The notes below the pieces were generated by a model, which made no database searches, had not been told where the DNA came from, and saw only the letters and a program-made list of their open reading frames with translations. Shown in pieces: positions 27,741 through 40,544 of a stretch of 64,000 nt of DNA (position 1 is its first letter; each line of letters starts with the position of its first letter). Made by a program: the position numbers and the translations under genes. The stretch comes from the human T2T-CHM13v2.0 reference genome, Homo sapiens, in assembly GCF_009914755.1 (NCBI RefSeq), contig NC_060936.1, one strand, 5' to 3'.

Positions 27741-28224
27741 CTTGCATCTCTCCCTCTGCCCCACCTCTGTGACTTTCAGAGACTTAGGTCTTTACCTATA
27801 AAGTAAGGAAATCTGCTCAAGTTTCTGCCCATCTCTGAAGTTCTAAAAGCCTAGCTGAGCTCAGTGTGTATCCTCAGTTAAAAACCCTTCAACTACATTA
27901 AACTCAAAGCAACCTTCATCTGTTAAACACCATCGTTTATGAGAGCCCACAATTTCCAGGTCCTTTTCCAAGCACTGGGAATACAAACTAAAAGAGAGCG
28001 CACCTGCCTTCGCATAGCTAACTGGAGTCTACCTCGGGAGACGGACAGGTCTGATGCACTGTATTACCAGGGCAACTGGCAGAAGAACTTCAGTGATGGT
28101 ACAGGTTGCCGAGTCAGGAGAAGGAGCTAGCTGGGATTCAGGAATCAGACATCAGGGTGGGCTTTATAGAGAAGCCAATATTTGGAGGAGTTTCTGAACC
28201 TGCAGATATGAGGCACATTCAAAT

Positions 28225-28465
28225 CATAGTAACAACTACAATATGTTGAATGCTTACAACGTGCTGCATACTGCACCCTTCATGCTTTAGCTCACTCATC
28301 TCCACCGCAGCCCTGTGGGTGGGGTGGATGCCTCGTCATCCCCATTTGACAGATGAAGCCTGAGTCTGGGAGGGGTCCCATAACTCCCCAGAGATCACCT
28401 CCCTGGCAGGAGGAGCAGCTCAGCTTCAAGCCCAGGCAGTTTGAGCCAAGCGCACGGGTGTTGCA
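28225..28465 (-). mobile_element. MIR
   Basis: catccccatttgacagatgaagcctgag. Confidence 0.8.
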
Positions 28466-28695
28466 ATCACAGCATAAAGAAAAGCATGTGAAACTGCATA
28501 GAGAGATAAGGAAACCTCAGTTATCTCCATGAGGACCAGGACAGATGAAGCAGGGAAAGGAGGAGAGATGGAGAGGAAGAGGAGGGCAGATTTCAGTGGA
28601 TGTGGTGGTACATGCTGAGAAATCAGGGCTTCTCTGTGTGAATAACAGGAGACCTTTCATGGCTCTTGAACAGGAAGAAGCCATACGATCAGATT

Positions 28696-28878
28696 ATTTT
28701 TTAATTGACAAATAATAATTGTATATATTATGGGACACAATGTGATATTTTGATATAAGTACATATTGTGGAATAATTAAACCAAGCTAATTAATATATC
28801 CATCACCTCATATATTTATTCTTAATGGTGAGAACATTTGAGCTTATTCTCTTGGTAATTTTGAGATACACATTTTGA
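28696..28878 (-). mobile_element. L1MA 3' end fragment
   Basis: ttttttaattgacaaataataattgtatata...caagctaattaatatatccatcacctca. Confidence 0.8.
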
Positions 28879-29015
28879 GACATAACTCAAGTGGTCCTCT
28901 AATGAACCAATAAGGGTAAGAGAGAGTGAAGGCATATAGCTGATTAGACCTTTCCACAATCGGGGAGGCAAGCGAAAAAGAATGATTGAGGAGACATTTT
29001 AGAAGCTGAATACCA

Positions 29016-29308
29016 GGCTGGACACAATGGCTCACACCTATAATCCCAGCACTTTTGGAGGCAGAGGTGGGTGGATCACTTGAGGCCAGAAGTTGGAGAC
29101 CAGCCTGGCCAACATGGTGAAACCCCATCTCTACTAAAAATACAAAAATTAGCCGGGCGTAATGGTGAATGCCTGTAATCCCAGCTACTTGGGAGGCTTG
29201 AACCAGGGAGGCAGAGGTTACAGTGAGCTGAGATCGTGCTACTGTACTCCAGCCTGGGTCACAGGGCGAGACTCCATCTCAAAAAAAGGAGAAGAAGAAG
29301 AAGAAGCA
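29016..29308 (+). mobile_element. AluS with short right-arm deletion and (GAA)n tail
   Basis: TSD agctgaatacca / agctgaatgcca. Confidence 0.95.
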
Positions 29309-29370
29309 GCAGCTGAATGCCAGGCTGTAATGGCCAATCAGGTGTGCAGAGGGATCCACCAAGGTGCCCC

Positions 29371-29785
29371 TGGGTTAGGCCATTTGTGTTGCTATAAAGA
29401 AATACCTGAGATTGGGTAATTTACAAATAAAAGAGGGTTAATTGGCTCATGATTCTGCAGGCTGTACAGGAAGCATGGTGCTGGCATCTGCTCAGCTTCT
29501 GATGAGGCCTCAGGAAGCTTTCAATCATGGCAGAAGGCAAAGGGGGAGCAGCACATCACATGGCCAGAGCAGGAACAAGAGCAGGGGAGGTGTCAGGCTC
29601 TGTTAGATCACCAGACCTCATGTGAACTCAGAGCAAGAACTCACCATGATCACAAGGACAGCACCAAGCTATTCATGAGGGATCCAGTATTATGACCAAA
29701 GGACCTCCCACCAGGCCCCACCTCCAACACTGGGGACCACATTTCAACATGAGATTTGGAGGGTACACACATCCAAACCATATCA
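29371..29785 (-). mobile_element. MSTA solo LTR
   Basis: gctataaagaaatacctgaga...caggaagcatggtgctggcatctg...ccaaaccatatca; perfect 5-bp TSD gcccc. Confidence 0.9.
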
Positions 29786-31109
29786 GCCCCACTGTCTTCT
29801 GTTTAGGAGCCTGGGAAGATGGGGACCAATGATCAAGATGGTGACCCAGTAATGAGATCAGGAAGATAATGAGGTTGGTGAAGGAAGTTAAGCTCCACCA
29901 GGTCCCTCATGTTGGAGTTGACCATGAATGCCTATGAGGGGGTTGGAAATGAAGACTCGGAGCACAGGAGATAGGGTCCCCCTTAGCCATGTTGCTCGCC
30001 CTTTCCACTTCCGCCATAAAGCTTGTAGCCAACCCCACAAACGTTAGGGTCTCTCTCTCCCCTGGGTTTTCAATGTGAGATGTATTAATACATAGGGACC
30101 CTTGCAATTTACTGTGCATTTTTCTCCTATTACCTCACATGCTGGTGCCTCTGAGCAGTGGTTTCATTGAGATTAAAGGCAGCGTCCATGTCTGGCACAG
30201 CCAGGAATCTTGCAGAGGCTTTGGATGTCTGCCTCTAAGGGTTTGGGGGCTGTGAATCCCATTGAGGATGACAGAGACGCTGCTTCTCTGTGCTTTGGTG
30301 GCACTGGCCCCCAGACAGGACTAAGACAAAAGTCACTAGTGTTACCTAAATTTGGCCTAATATTCTTCATGGGGCTGTTACAGGATTTAAGACTATGTGG
30401 CTTGAAATGCCTCTAGATAGGATACACATAATCCAATCTAACACAGTCCCCCAGTTTAAACCTTCCAATATTTACTTGCCTTTCTGGCTTCTGAAAATTG
30501 AGTTTTCATCCCCTGGCGTCAGCACTGGACTCATGCTGGGTCTGCCTTGTCTAGTGCCTCTCAGCCATCTGAGGGTTTATCTGGAAAGCCACCATGCTGG
30601 GCTGTGTGCTTTGAGCCTAAAGATAATAAAATCTCTCTTTTTTCTCACCATCTTTCCTGTTCTGATGGGTCAGGCCCTTTCGTGAACCATTCTATCACCA
30701 AAGCTTCTGGACATAGGACCCTTTTCCTTCTATTATGAACAATTCGACTGTGAAATATTCACTGTAGTAAACAGTGTAAGCCCTGCTCTGAATTACTGAA
30801 ATAAGAAAGAAACCCACAGAGCCATCGGAGCACCGTATTCATACCTGCCTGCGGCATAGAACTCAAGTCCACAACCTGAGTGTCTTCTGACGTGTGTTAG
30901 CATTTCTCTAGCCATTTTTCTATAGCTAACTCCACTCCTCTCTTTTTACTCATCTTGCTGGTTTACTCTCATTTCCATTTATACAATTACAGACTTAGTG
31001 GCTAATAAAAGTTGAGAAGTTCCTAGAGCTTAAAATGGAACCAAGAAGAACTTGTAACTCACCTTGGATGGAGTCGCACTTTCTAGATGGAATGAATTAG
31101 TCCTTGGAG

Positions 31110-31583
31110 TGTGAGGAGGAGATTCTGTGTTTTCCCCTTAGGGTATCCTCTCTCCACCGCTCTCCACTTGGCTCTGTTCCCTGGGGGCTGTTTATTCATC
31201 TCCCAGAATCCCTTGTCCTCCTTCTAGTGTGTGGATCTAATAAGAAGTGGATCTCAGCTCTCACCAGTAGCAGATCAGAGGATGGATGGAGAGAGGTGGG
31301 AGCATTCACTCCTGCTGTCAGATGCATGTTTCTGCAGAGTCTGTGTGCCACTAAGGAAGGCCACAGTGTCTGCCAGTCACCTTTTCCAGGGCTGTGCCTC
31401 CCTCAGGCACTGGTGCCTGCTCTCCCCCTTGCCCCTCCAGGCCAGGGGAGGTAAACCCTGGATGCTTTACCCCATCTCACTGATCCCCTCAAGCCTAGCC
31501 ACATCTTTGCACATAGTCCCTTACTTGAACTCACTTCAATCTGTTTGTGTCATCTGTTTCCTTCTGAGATACTGATTGGTACA
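31110..31583 (+). mobile_element. LTR33-type ERVL LTR
   Basis: accagtagcagatcagagg...gaaggccacag...gtcatctgtttcct...gattggtaca. Confidence 0.65.
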
Positions 31584-32419
31584 AGTTGGGTTTCTTTTGT
31601 TTGCTTCAACTGTCTCTGAGATCCTTCAATATTCTTTACATTAACCTAAACCTGAGCCTGGAGGCCAGTTTCTGATGAATGGCACTTTCTCAAGTAGCAT
31701 TTCCTTTTAGCATACCTGGCCACAGAGAAATGAGGTTGTCTAAGGAGAGTATTGCACTATGTGGACACGAACACCATTCACTCCAAACTAAGAGGAGAGC
31801 ATTCTCTGGAGGAATCTACAGAAACAGCGATTGGCATCACTCTGGACCCTCTGCTGAAACATGTGCATTTTCTCCTCTGACATTTGCACATCGTTAAGAA
31901 TCAGCACAGGCATCCTTTGATGAATGAGAACTGACCACACAGAGTATCTATGTAAGGGAATGACTGGAACAGGGCAGAATCCATAAGCATTGCCTTTGGA
32001 CAGAGATCTGTGCAATTTGAGTTTTCCCTTGGAGAAATCCCTTCCAGACAATCTGTTGGTTTCCAGCTGTGTTGGCTTTGCTGATATGTGTGGTCTTCTG
32101 TGGCCTGCTCAGGGGGCTTCTGGAACAGATGGTTGTGAAGAGGCAATAAGCACCCCCCTGTCCTCCCAGGAACACGTGTCCACTTATGCTTTGCAAGAAG
32201 TAGATCTCCCACAAAACAAAGGCTGTTCCAGCAAAGAAGCAGAAGCCTCCAGGCCAGCCAGCTCCGCGTCGATGTGGGCTGACATACCTGAGGGTCACAT
32301 TGTTCAGGATGCCAAACTCATCTTTCCTGGTTTCCACAGTAGAGTTAATCTCACTCATCTTGTTCTTTTTTGATAGACTTTATTGAAAATTTAGTGTACC
32401 TTGGAGCAAGTTCCTGTAA

Positions 32420-32792
<373 letters not shown>

Positions 32793-32799
32793 TATATCA

Positions 32800-33215
32800 G
32801 TTTTCTTCTTCCTCTTTTCTGCCGCCACCCTCATGTGCCCTTGGGACTTCTTTCCCAGCATGGTGACCAGGCAAGGGCACATGGGGGTGGCATTTCCAGT
32901 TCTCTCTCCCAGGCATATCCTGCTCCCTTGTGGTAGAGTAAAGGCCATGAGACTACTTCTGGCCAATGGGTTGTGATGAGGAGTGATGATGATTGCTTCT
33001 GAGATAGGTCATTTCATTGTCAGTTGCAGACCCTTTGGAGCTCTTCCCCTCTTCTGCAATGACTGCTAATGTTCAAGGTGGTGTCTGCTCCATCAGCTTA
33101 GATAGAAGGAGGAGAACGAAGCTAAACAAAGGCTCCTATTGACCTGCAATGGACAAGAAGCATGATGAAAATATAAACTCTTAAGATATGTCAATAGGGG
33201 ATACTGACTGATACA
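32800..33215 (+). mobile_element. MLT1J/K-type LTR
   Basis: cccttgtggtagagtaaaggccatgagactacttctggccaatgggttgtga. Confidence 0.6.
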
Positions 33216-33440
33216 GCAGTTAGGCAAAGAAGTCAGACCAGCAGAATGTAAATCTCTATTATTTCCTTTCTATGTGGCCCTGGGAAGTTATTCAAACCCC
33301 TCCTGCTTTAGTTTATTTACCTGTAATAATTGAGAAATATCAGGACCTATGGCAAGTGTTAGGACCTAAGCATTGTTGTAAAGATTAAATGAATGTATAC
33401 ATGTAAACTACTTAGAAACGTTTGGCACACAGTGAGTGGT
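33215..33440 (+). mobile_element. MIR
   Basis: tgtggccctgggaagttattcaaaccc...ttgtaaagattaaatgaa...tggcacacagtgagtg. Confidence 0.7.
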
Positions 33441-35099
33441 TGTTTTCCTTATTCCAGGTAGACTTCTTCTTCTTCTCAAGCTGTCATGTAAGACAATACC
33501 CAGGCCAGGGAAGCTCAGTCTTCTCCAAAAACAAGCTTGTCAAAATATTCTAACAAGTGCTGGCCTCTCCCTAGGAGGACGGGTGGTAAGCTAAACTAGT
33601 TTATTTGTTCTATATTTTGTGTTACTCCTTAGCCTCTCTCACATTTCAGTGGCCTTACAATATGGCACTATCTTGCCTCAGAATATTGATGTTACAGAGA
33701 AAAGGATAGAAAAGCTCAAAAGCCTTGCCCAAGGGCCATGGGTAGAGGCCATGGAGGCTGGTGTGTTCAAGCATGGCGAACAGCCTGGATCTGTGCTGGC
33801 TGCTCTGGCATCTCTGCTCAGTTATCGTGCCTTTGTTGTATTTGTCTTAAAGCATTAAGGAGCAACGTGGAAGCTGGTTGCTAGAAAGATTATGGGGATT
33901 CCAACAAGATTCCTTATTCTAAGACATGAAGATTCCCTAAGTGGAGGAGTTGGAGTACAGTTTGAGAATGAGCAAAGAGCTTTGACGTCTGTCCATGTAA
34001 GGAGAGAGTTTTGCGTTCTGCCTTCCCTTTGCTTCTACTCCAGTTTATGATGGGGAGAATCAAAACAATGTGTACTTGTTTGCAGAATGTGGGGACAAAT
34101 AGGAACTTAGCCTAGTATCTAAATAGAGTCCAGGAAGCTGGTAAGACTCCAGTGACCAATGTCTTGGCAAATAGTTCTGAGATAACTTCCCAGAATTTTC
34201 TGCAGCAGGGCCGTACATCAGCAGGATGGCCCCCGCACCTGTCGAAGGTAGCAAAGTAGGTGGGTTCTGGGACAGTCCCTTGTAGATTTCTGAAAGGAAT
34301 CAATTTCCAAGCAAACCAGAAAAACTCAAAAGTAGAGAAACCCAAAGAGAGTTGCTGAATCTAAAGATAATCAAAAGGAGCATAAACTCCCCAGTGACAT
34401 GATAATCATGGGCATGAAGAGACGTAGATTCTCAGTGAATCCTGTCATGGGCAGAGGCTTCCAGGACACACACACACACAGGAGTACACGTGCACACACA
34501 CACCTCGCCACTATGTAAATATCCTAAGACACAATCTCATAAAAGAAAACATGGCAAAATCCTAAATTGACTAAGTTTTTCTGCCATTCTGGACACAGGA
34601 GCTTAAAATAGATGTTGAATTGTATAAAAATAAAGAAAGTTTATATTTCTTTCACAGTTGATTTGATGTGCTAAGTTTCACAACCACTGCAGAGGCATTC
34701 TAGGACCAGCTGTTGAGAGAATACCGTTTTCCCCATCTCATTACACGCACTCCAAATAATACACGTTTCACACAAGCAAACAAGATGCAGCGGTGAAGAT
34801 AAATCTTAAACATTGGAGTGATGAGAATCACCACTTACTCCTGGTGATGAAGAAAGACAGGTTTAAATTTTATGTTGCCTTCAGCATCAGCTTATTCAGG
34901 AAAGTTTCTAGCTTGCTAATGCTTGCTAATAGCTTCTATTGATCAAGCAGATAGAATGTACTGAAGAGAACTTGTGCTCAGCAGTTTGCATCCATTGTCT
35001 CGCTTAATCCTCATAAACTTGTAAGGCGGATACCACTTTATACTCAAGTCAATCCTGTTTGATGTGTTTCTGTTCTAAGAATCTGCACAAAGCACTAAA

Positions 35100-35640
35100 G
35101 CTGCACTTATATTTATAGAATGGGATATAAATGTTAATAACCTTGAAACTATAAAACTGTAGCTTGTAGAAAGTGGGAGCTAGTCCCAGTGGGGAAGAAA
35201 AGAAGAGAAGAAGGTGGGAGCTCTGCTATTGTGCCCTCCCATAGGGGCACATTCCTGACAAGAGCTGATGGAGCAAGTGAATGGAAGCCTTAGCATCTTA
35301 TTAAAATTACAAAAAATACCAGTAGAAGAATCATACCACTAACTATCCTTGGAAGCTGAAGGAGGAGGAAGAGATTTGTGAATGGAAAAAAAATCTCATC
35401 CTTCATAGAAGAGAAAACAAATGTTTTATAAAGTCAGTAAATATAGAAATAGCATTATAAGCATATTATAGTGTCCTGGAGGAAAACACCCGCCAGAAGA
35501 ATCAAAAGCTCCAAAGTCTAAAAGAGGCTGCAGAAGCACAGATGTGAACTTGAAGAGGGTGGAATGACGACTTTTGAATTTCATCATAACCTTAGATTTA
35601 ATTAGTTGCCACATGCATATATTACAACGCAAATATACAT
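35100..35640 (+). mobile_element. HAL1/L1-related fragment
   Basis: aaatatagaaatagcattataagcatatta...ttcatcataacctt...catgcatatattac resembles HAL1 3' region. Confidence 0.5.
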
Positions 35641-35654
35641 ATATATTTTTAATG

Positions 35655-36065
35655 TTGCTAATTTATTTCACTGAATATATCCAAAATATTATCATTTCAA
35701 CATGAAATGAAGAGAAAAATTAGAGATACTTTACCTTTATTTTGTACTAAGTCTTTGAAATGTGTTGTGTGTTCTATACTTATAGCACATCTCAAATTTT
35801 CCCAGATTTGGCCTTTTAAAATGACTGCTGTATACTTGTGACATGTCCCCATCATTTTGGGGGGGCACTTTCTTACTTTTTTGTATTAAGTATGCTCCAA
35901 ATTCATCTTATCTCCACTGTGTCCCAACCCTGGAATCAGCCATTTCTTTCTGGAGTCCTGGTTCCTTTTGGTATGAATGATTTTAAAGACCAAGATATGG
36001 GCTCTAGGTGCATGCATTGCACCTGAGGTGCCTTTGTTAGATGGCCAGAGCTAAGGAATAAACGT
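35655..36065. mobile_element. MER33-like fragment followed by antisense L1MC 3' UTR
   Basis: tatatccaaaatattatcatttcaacatg...ttatagcacatctcaa, then ccctggaatcagccatttc...ctggttcctttt...aaagaccaagat. Confidence 0.65.
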
Positions 36066-36086
36066 ATGTGTGTATCCTCTGCCTAC

Positions 36087-36087
<1 letters not shown>

Positions 36088-36117
<30 letters not shown>

Positions 36118-36161
36118 GTGTGTGTGTGAGATACATGTGATATATGTGGGTGTATATATGT

Positions 36162-36202
<41 letters not shown>

Positions 36203-36345
36203 CTCCATCCATCTCATTACACACACTCCAAACCATACACGGCTCACACAAGCAAACAAGGAATATATAGATATAGATACAGGAGCGAACATATATACGC
36301 ACACATATATATCATATATATCACATATATATGATATATATAGAC
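36088..36345. repeat. Compound microsatellite (TA)n/(TG)n/(TC)n
   Basis: Direct inspection. Confidence 0.95.
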
Positions 36346-37589
36346 AGAGAGATGAATATGGAAGATGAATACATGTGATATTTAAAAATATAAAAGATTC
36401 GAATGTTGCCAAACCATGACAAATTACAAAATATCCCCCAGTTCTCTCAACCTCTACTTTTTCACTGCATCTCAGTTTTTCTTGTGCTTATTTATTTTTT
36501 GGTGCCTATGGACGTGCAGCCTAAGTCCAGTAATTTTTCTTGGGGGAAAATTTTTCTACCACTGAAATTTTCTGCTACTGTGATTTATAATTTAGAATCC
36601 TGTTTAGAGGGGATCAGCTGCCCATCACAGAGAGCGATATTAGGTGTCTCGGGGAAACCCAGCATCCGTCTCTGCTGTTCATACCCCGAGGTAATAAATC
36701 CACCTTCTCCCATGGCCATTGTAGGTCAGAAGGGCCAGGGAGGGAGAGATCCGTGGATGCTCCCAGCCTGTGAGCAGATCACGCTGAGCTGCCAAGTACC
36801 TTCCACATGACAGCTGATTCTAAAGCCAACCCCAAGCAAAATGAGAGAGGAAATATTCTTTTGCATTTTTACTTGCAAACTAGCCAGGTCATCTGAGGTC
36901 TCTGGGCTTAAGAAGAGAGGAAAAGCTGGCCAATTTGAACAATGTCAGAGTGTTCAGTGTGCTTCCAAGTTTCACAAGATAACCGTTTCTGCTCTAAGTC
37001 CCCAGGAAGTTTGGAGGGTGAAGCTTGGTGACCAGATTTTGTCGTCTGCTTGAGTCATTTTGGGTCCAGGGAGTAGGAGGATTCTGGAGACCACATGATT
37101 TTTGTAAGATAAATGCTCGTCCACATTACCTCCCCAGGAACCCAATTCCAGATGCTAGGAGATCTTCTAATTTCATTCTGAGTGCCTTTGACCTCCCATA
37201 GAGAGGGCAGACACCACCAAAGTTGATTATAATGGCTAATTTAATATTATATAAATCGAGTCCTTGCAATCTGAAGGACTCCAAACTAATTTTATCAGTT
37301 ATTATTTTGTGTCTCTCGAAAAGGGAACACTGACGATCACAGACTTATTTTTTTTCTCTCTGGTCTCCTTGAATCTCGGCCTGTAGCTCTGAGTGGGTGA
37401 TGAGCGATAAACAGTCTATCTCTGATGCATTTTTTTTAATGGGTGAAGTGAGCAGAAGGCGAAAACAGAGAGAGAGAGTCTTTCAGTCAGAGGTTAATAC
37501 TCACTGAAGAGATGGCTGATTCATTTTAGCTTGAACAAAGACCAGGGAAATTAATTTGATAAGCATCTTGCCTCTGCAGACTTGAGTGC

Positions 37590-37772
37590 TAAGCGAAACT
37601 TCCCAAACTTCCTTACGAAAAGAATTGTTTAACGGTGTTGTTAAAAGTACAAATGCCAGCCTCCACCCTGGAGGCTCTGATTCATTAGGGCTAGGGCGGA
37701 GCCCAGGAATAGGCACATTGATGGAATCTTAATGTGATGCTGAAGGTCAGGCCAGTTTTGGAAACTACCATG
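37590..37772. mobile_element. MER5-type MITE
   Basis: ctctgattcattagggctagggcggagcccaggaat...ttggaaactacca. Confidence 0.65.
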
Positions 37773-38126
37773 TATCTTGGGCAGGTTAGGACGAACAGCT
37801 GCAAATAATTTTCTTCTAAATGGAAGAGATGAATAGCACTCACCATATAGAATTATTGTGATCATTAAAGGAAAGTCATTTACTCAATGGGTATACAGTG
37901 AGCACCTACTGTGTGCCAGGCACTGTGCTGTGAGCTGAGGACGCAGCAGTGAACACTCCTTGTGACAAGGGAGGAGCAGGTGTTGGTGGAGCAGTGGGCA
38001 TCTGTCACACCTCGAGGTGAGGGCTGTCATGGGACAGGGACACAACAGTGAGAGTGGGCTCAGGACAGACCCAGACCAAGGGCACCAGAGCCAGGGGGCC
38101 CAGAAGGAGCTCCTGAGAAGCAACCT

Positions 38127-38600
38127 ACAATGCTTCATGCTATACGTCAATCTGACGGGGCCATGGGGTGCCCAGATATTTGATCACACATGATTTCTGG
38201 GTGTGTCTGTGAAGGTGCAGTCAGAGGAGATGAGCACTGGAATTGATGCACTGAGTAAAGAATTGTTCTCCCCATGTGGGTGGGCCACGGACAGCCCGGA
38301 TAGAACAATCGGGGGGAGGCTGAACACAATCTGCCTGTCTGCTGGAGGTTGAACACAATCTTCTCCTGCCCTCAGTGCTCCTGGGCCTTCAGAACCAGAT
38401 CTGAAATCTACACCATTACTTCTTGGCCCTTCTCACTGCACCATCAGCTTTCCTGGATCTCCACCTTCCAGATACAGATCCTGGGACGTTCCAGCCTCTA
38501 TAATCACATAAGCCAACACCTTATAATAAATATCTTCATACATACATATAAAAACACACACACATATATATACAGCGTGCACACACACATATATATAACA
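38127..38600 (+). mobile_element. MLT2C/D ERVL LTR with TA/CA-rich tail
   Basis: gccatggggtgcccagatatttgatcacacatgatttctgggtgtgtctgtgaaggtg...ccttataataaat. Confidence 0.8.
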
Positions 38601-38754
38601 GTTATATAACTATATAGAAATATATAGGGTTTACATGAATCTATGCTACTCAAAGCTGTTCAGATGAATCTGTTTTCCTACAGTTAATTGATGGAATGAA
38701 TCAGCTGTAGGTAGAAATGGATCAGACAGAACATTATATATAACTATATATAAT

Positions 38755-39108
38755 TGGTATGGCTTGGCTGTGTCCCCACCCAAATCTCAACTTGAATTGT
38801 GTCTCCCAGAATTCCCACGTGTTGTGGAAGGACCCAGGGGGAGGTAATTGAGTCATGGGGACCAGTCTTTCCTGTGCTATTCTCATGAGAGTGAACAAGT
38901 CTCATGAGATCTGTTGTGTTTATCGGGGGTTTCTGCTTTTGCTTCATCCTCATTTTTCTGTTGCAGTCACCATGTAAGAAGTTCCTTTCACCTCCCACCA
39001 TAATTCTGAGGCCTCCCCAGCCATGTGGTACTATAAGTCCAATTAAACCTCTTTTTCTTCCCAGCCTCAGGTATATCTTTATCAGCAGTGTGAAAATGGA
39101 CTAATACA
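38755..39108 (+). mobile_element. THE1A solo LTR
   Basis: tggtatggcttggctgtgtccccacccaaatctcaacttgaattgt...ggactaataca; perfect TSD ataat. Confidence 0.92.
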
Positions 39109-39282
39109 ATAATATATAGTTATATATACACATATACAACTATATAGTTATGTTATATATGTGTATGCTGTGTATATAACTACATATACACATGAATATA
39201 CATATACACATATATATACATATCCATATATCCATATCCATATATATATATAAATATACACACTCACACACATACACGCACA
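39109..39282. repeat. (TA)n/(CA)n-rich simple repeat
   Basis: Direct inspection. Confidence 0.9.
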
Positions 39283-40544
39283 TGTTGAAGTACAGGGAGG
39301 AGAACCTCAGGGCAGGCAGACCCTACAGCCGCCTGAAGACTTGTGGGTCTCTGCCTAATTGACAAAGGAAAACTTTGGAGGAGCCTCAGGCAGGAGGTGA
39401 TAAGATCATGTTTGCTGCTGTTAGGAAAAGGCATGAGAAGGTTCTGGTCGATTTAGTTGCCAGTACAGCCAGCCGCCCCCACTGAATGGAACCAAATTGT
39501 TTCTCCCCGCTCTTCCTGTGACTACTGGCTCTTCCAGTTTTTAGGGTGTTTGCATGTTGGACTTTAGAGAGGAGACTTCCAGACAGGTTAACTAACCATC
39601 TGGCTTTTCACTCCCACATGTACAAAAAACAATGCGGCACACAGGTCAGAGAAGCTGGAGACCACATTCCCCTGCACACGACATGTTTGTTGGAATTTGG
39701 TTCTCATTGCTGTGTAGTCTGCGTTGTTGGGGACACCCTCGTAACAAGAGAAGAAGCAGGCTGCCACAGGCTGCATCTGCACTTCATTTGACAACAACCC
39801 CCACTTGTGTCTCACTCATAATTCAACCCTGCTGTTTTGTTTTGCTCATAGGAATCCTTCTCCATTAGCACTCCTGGTGTGCTGTTGAACCCTCTTCATT
39901 TGTATTTAACTAACAGGAGGTACCACAGTTTTGCTGTAAGCTCCAGCAGGCGAAGTTCTGCTAGTAGAAAGCACTTTGCACCTGTGCACTCCAATCCAGG
40001 ACCCTGATTCCAGGTGCTTAGCCTCTGGTGCACAGCCCAGCCCAGGCCCATGAGCCCTGCCAGGGCTCCTTGGATGGCCCTGATTAAAGAGAAGGTTGAT
40101 TTTTTTCCAGAGTCAGTGCACTGAGAAGCATGGACCTCTCTGCTTTCGCTGTCATTTGAGCTGTTCATTGTTACCATATGAACTGGGTTCTCCTGCCTAA
40201 TATTTTGATAACACGTTGGCATAAGATGAAATGGCAGCGAAATAAATGGCTGAAAAAGAGCACGTTTTGTTATTTAACCATCTGAGTTGGTATTACATGT
40301 GTGTGTGGTTTGTTACTTTGCTCTGCATGAATCTATGGTACTCAAAGCTGCTCAAATAACAGAATCTGTTTTCCTGCAATGAATTGATGTTCCACCTGTT
40401 TGTAGAAACAGATCAGACAAAGCATTATATCAAATGCTCTCTTGAGAAGCACCAGCCTCACATCCCCCAAACTCATCTTCCTTTGAAGCGCACATTTCTC
40501 ACAGATGCCCCAGTTGCTCAGGCCCACTCCTCCACCATTAGTGA

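Noticed and set aside
27361-31070. Isolated minus-strand donors (AAG|GTAAGT ~27367, CAG|GTATGA ~30846, AAG|GTGAGT ~31063)
   Set aside because: No convincing paired acceptors or coherent frame; expected by chance in 64 kb.
31788-32373. Overlapping 103-136 aa ORFs in unique DNA with a minus-strand CAG|GTATGT donor near 32287
   Set aside because: No recognisable protein similarity, no upstream acceptor or promoter, and ORFs open on both strands; insufficient for a CDS call.
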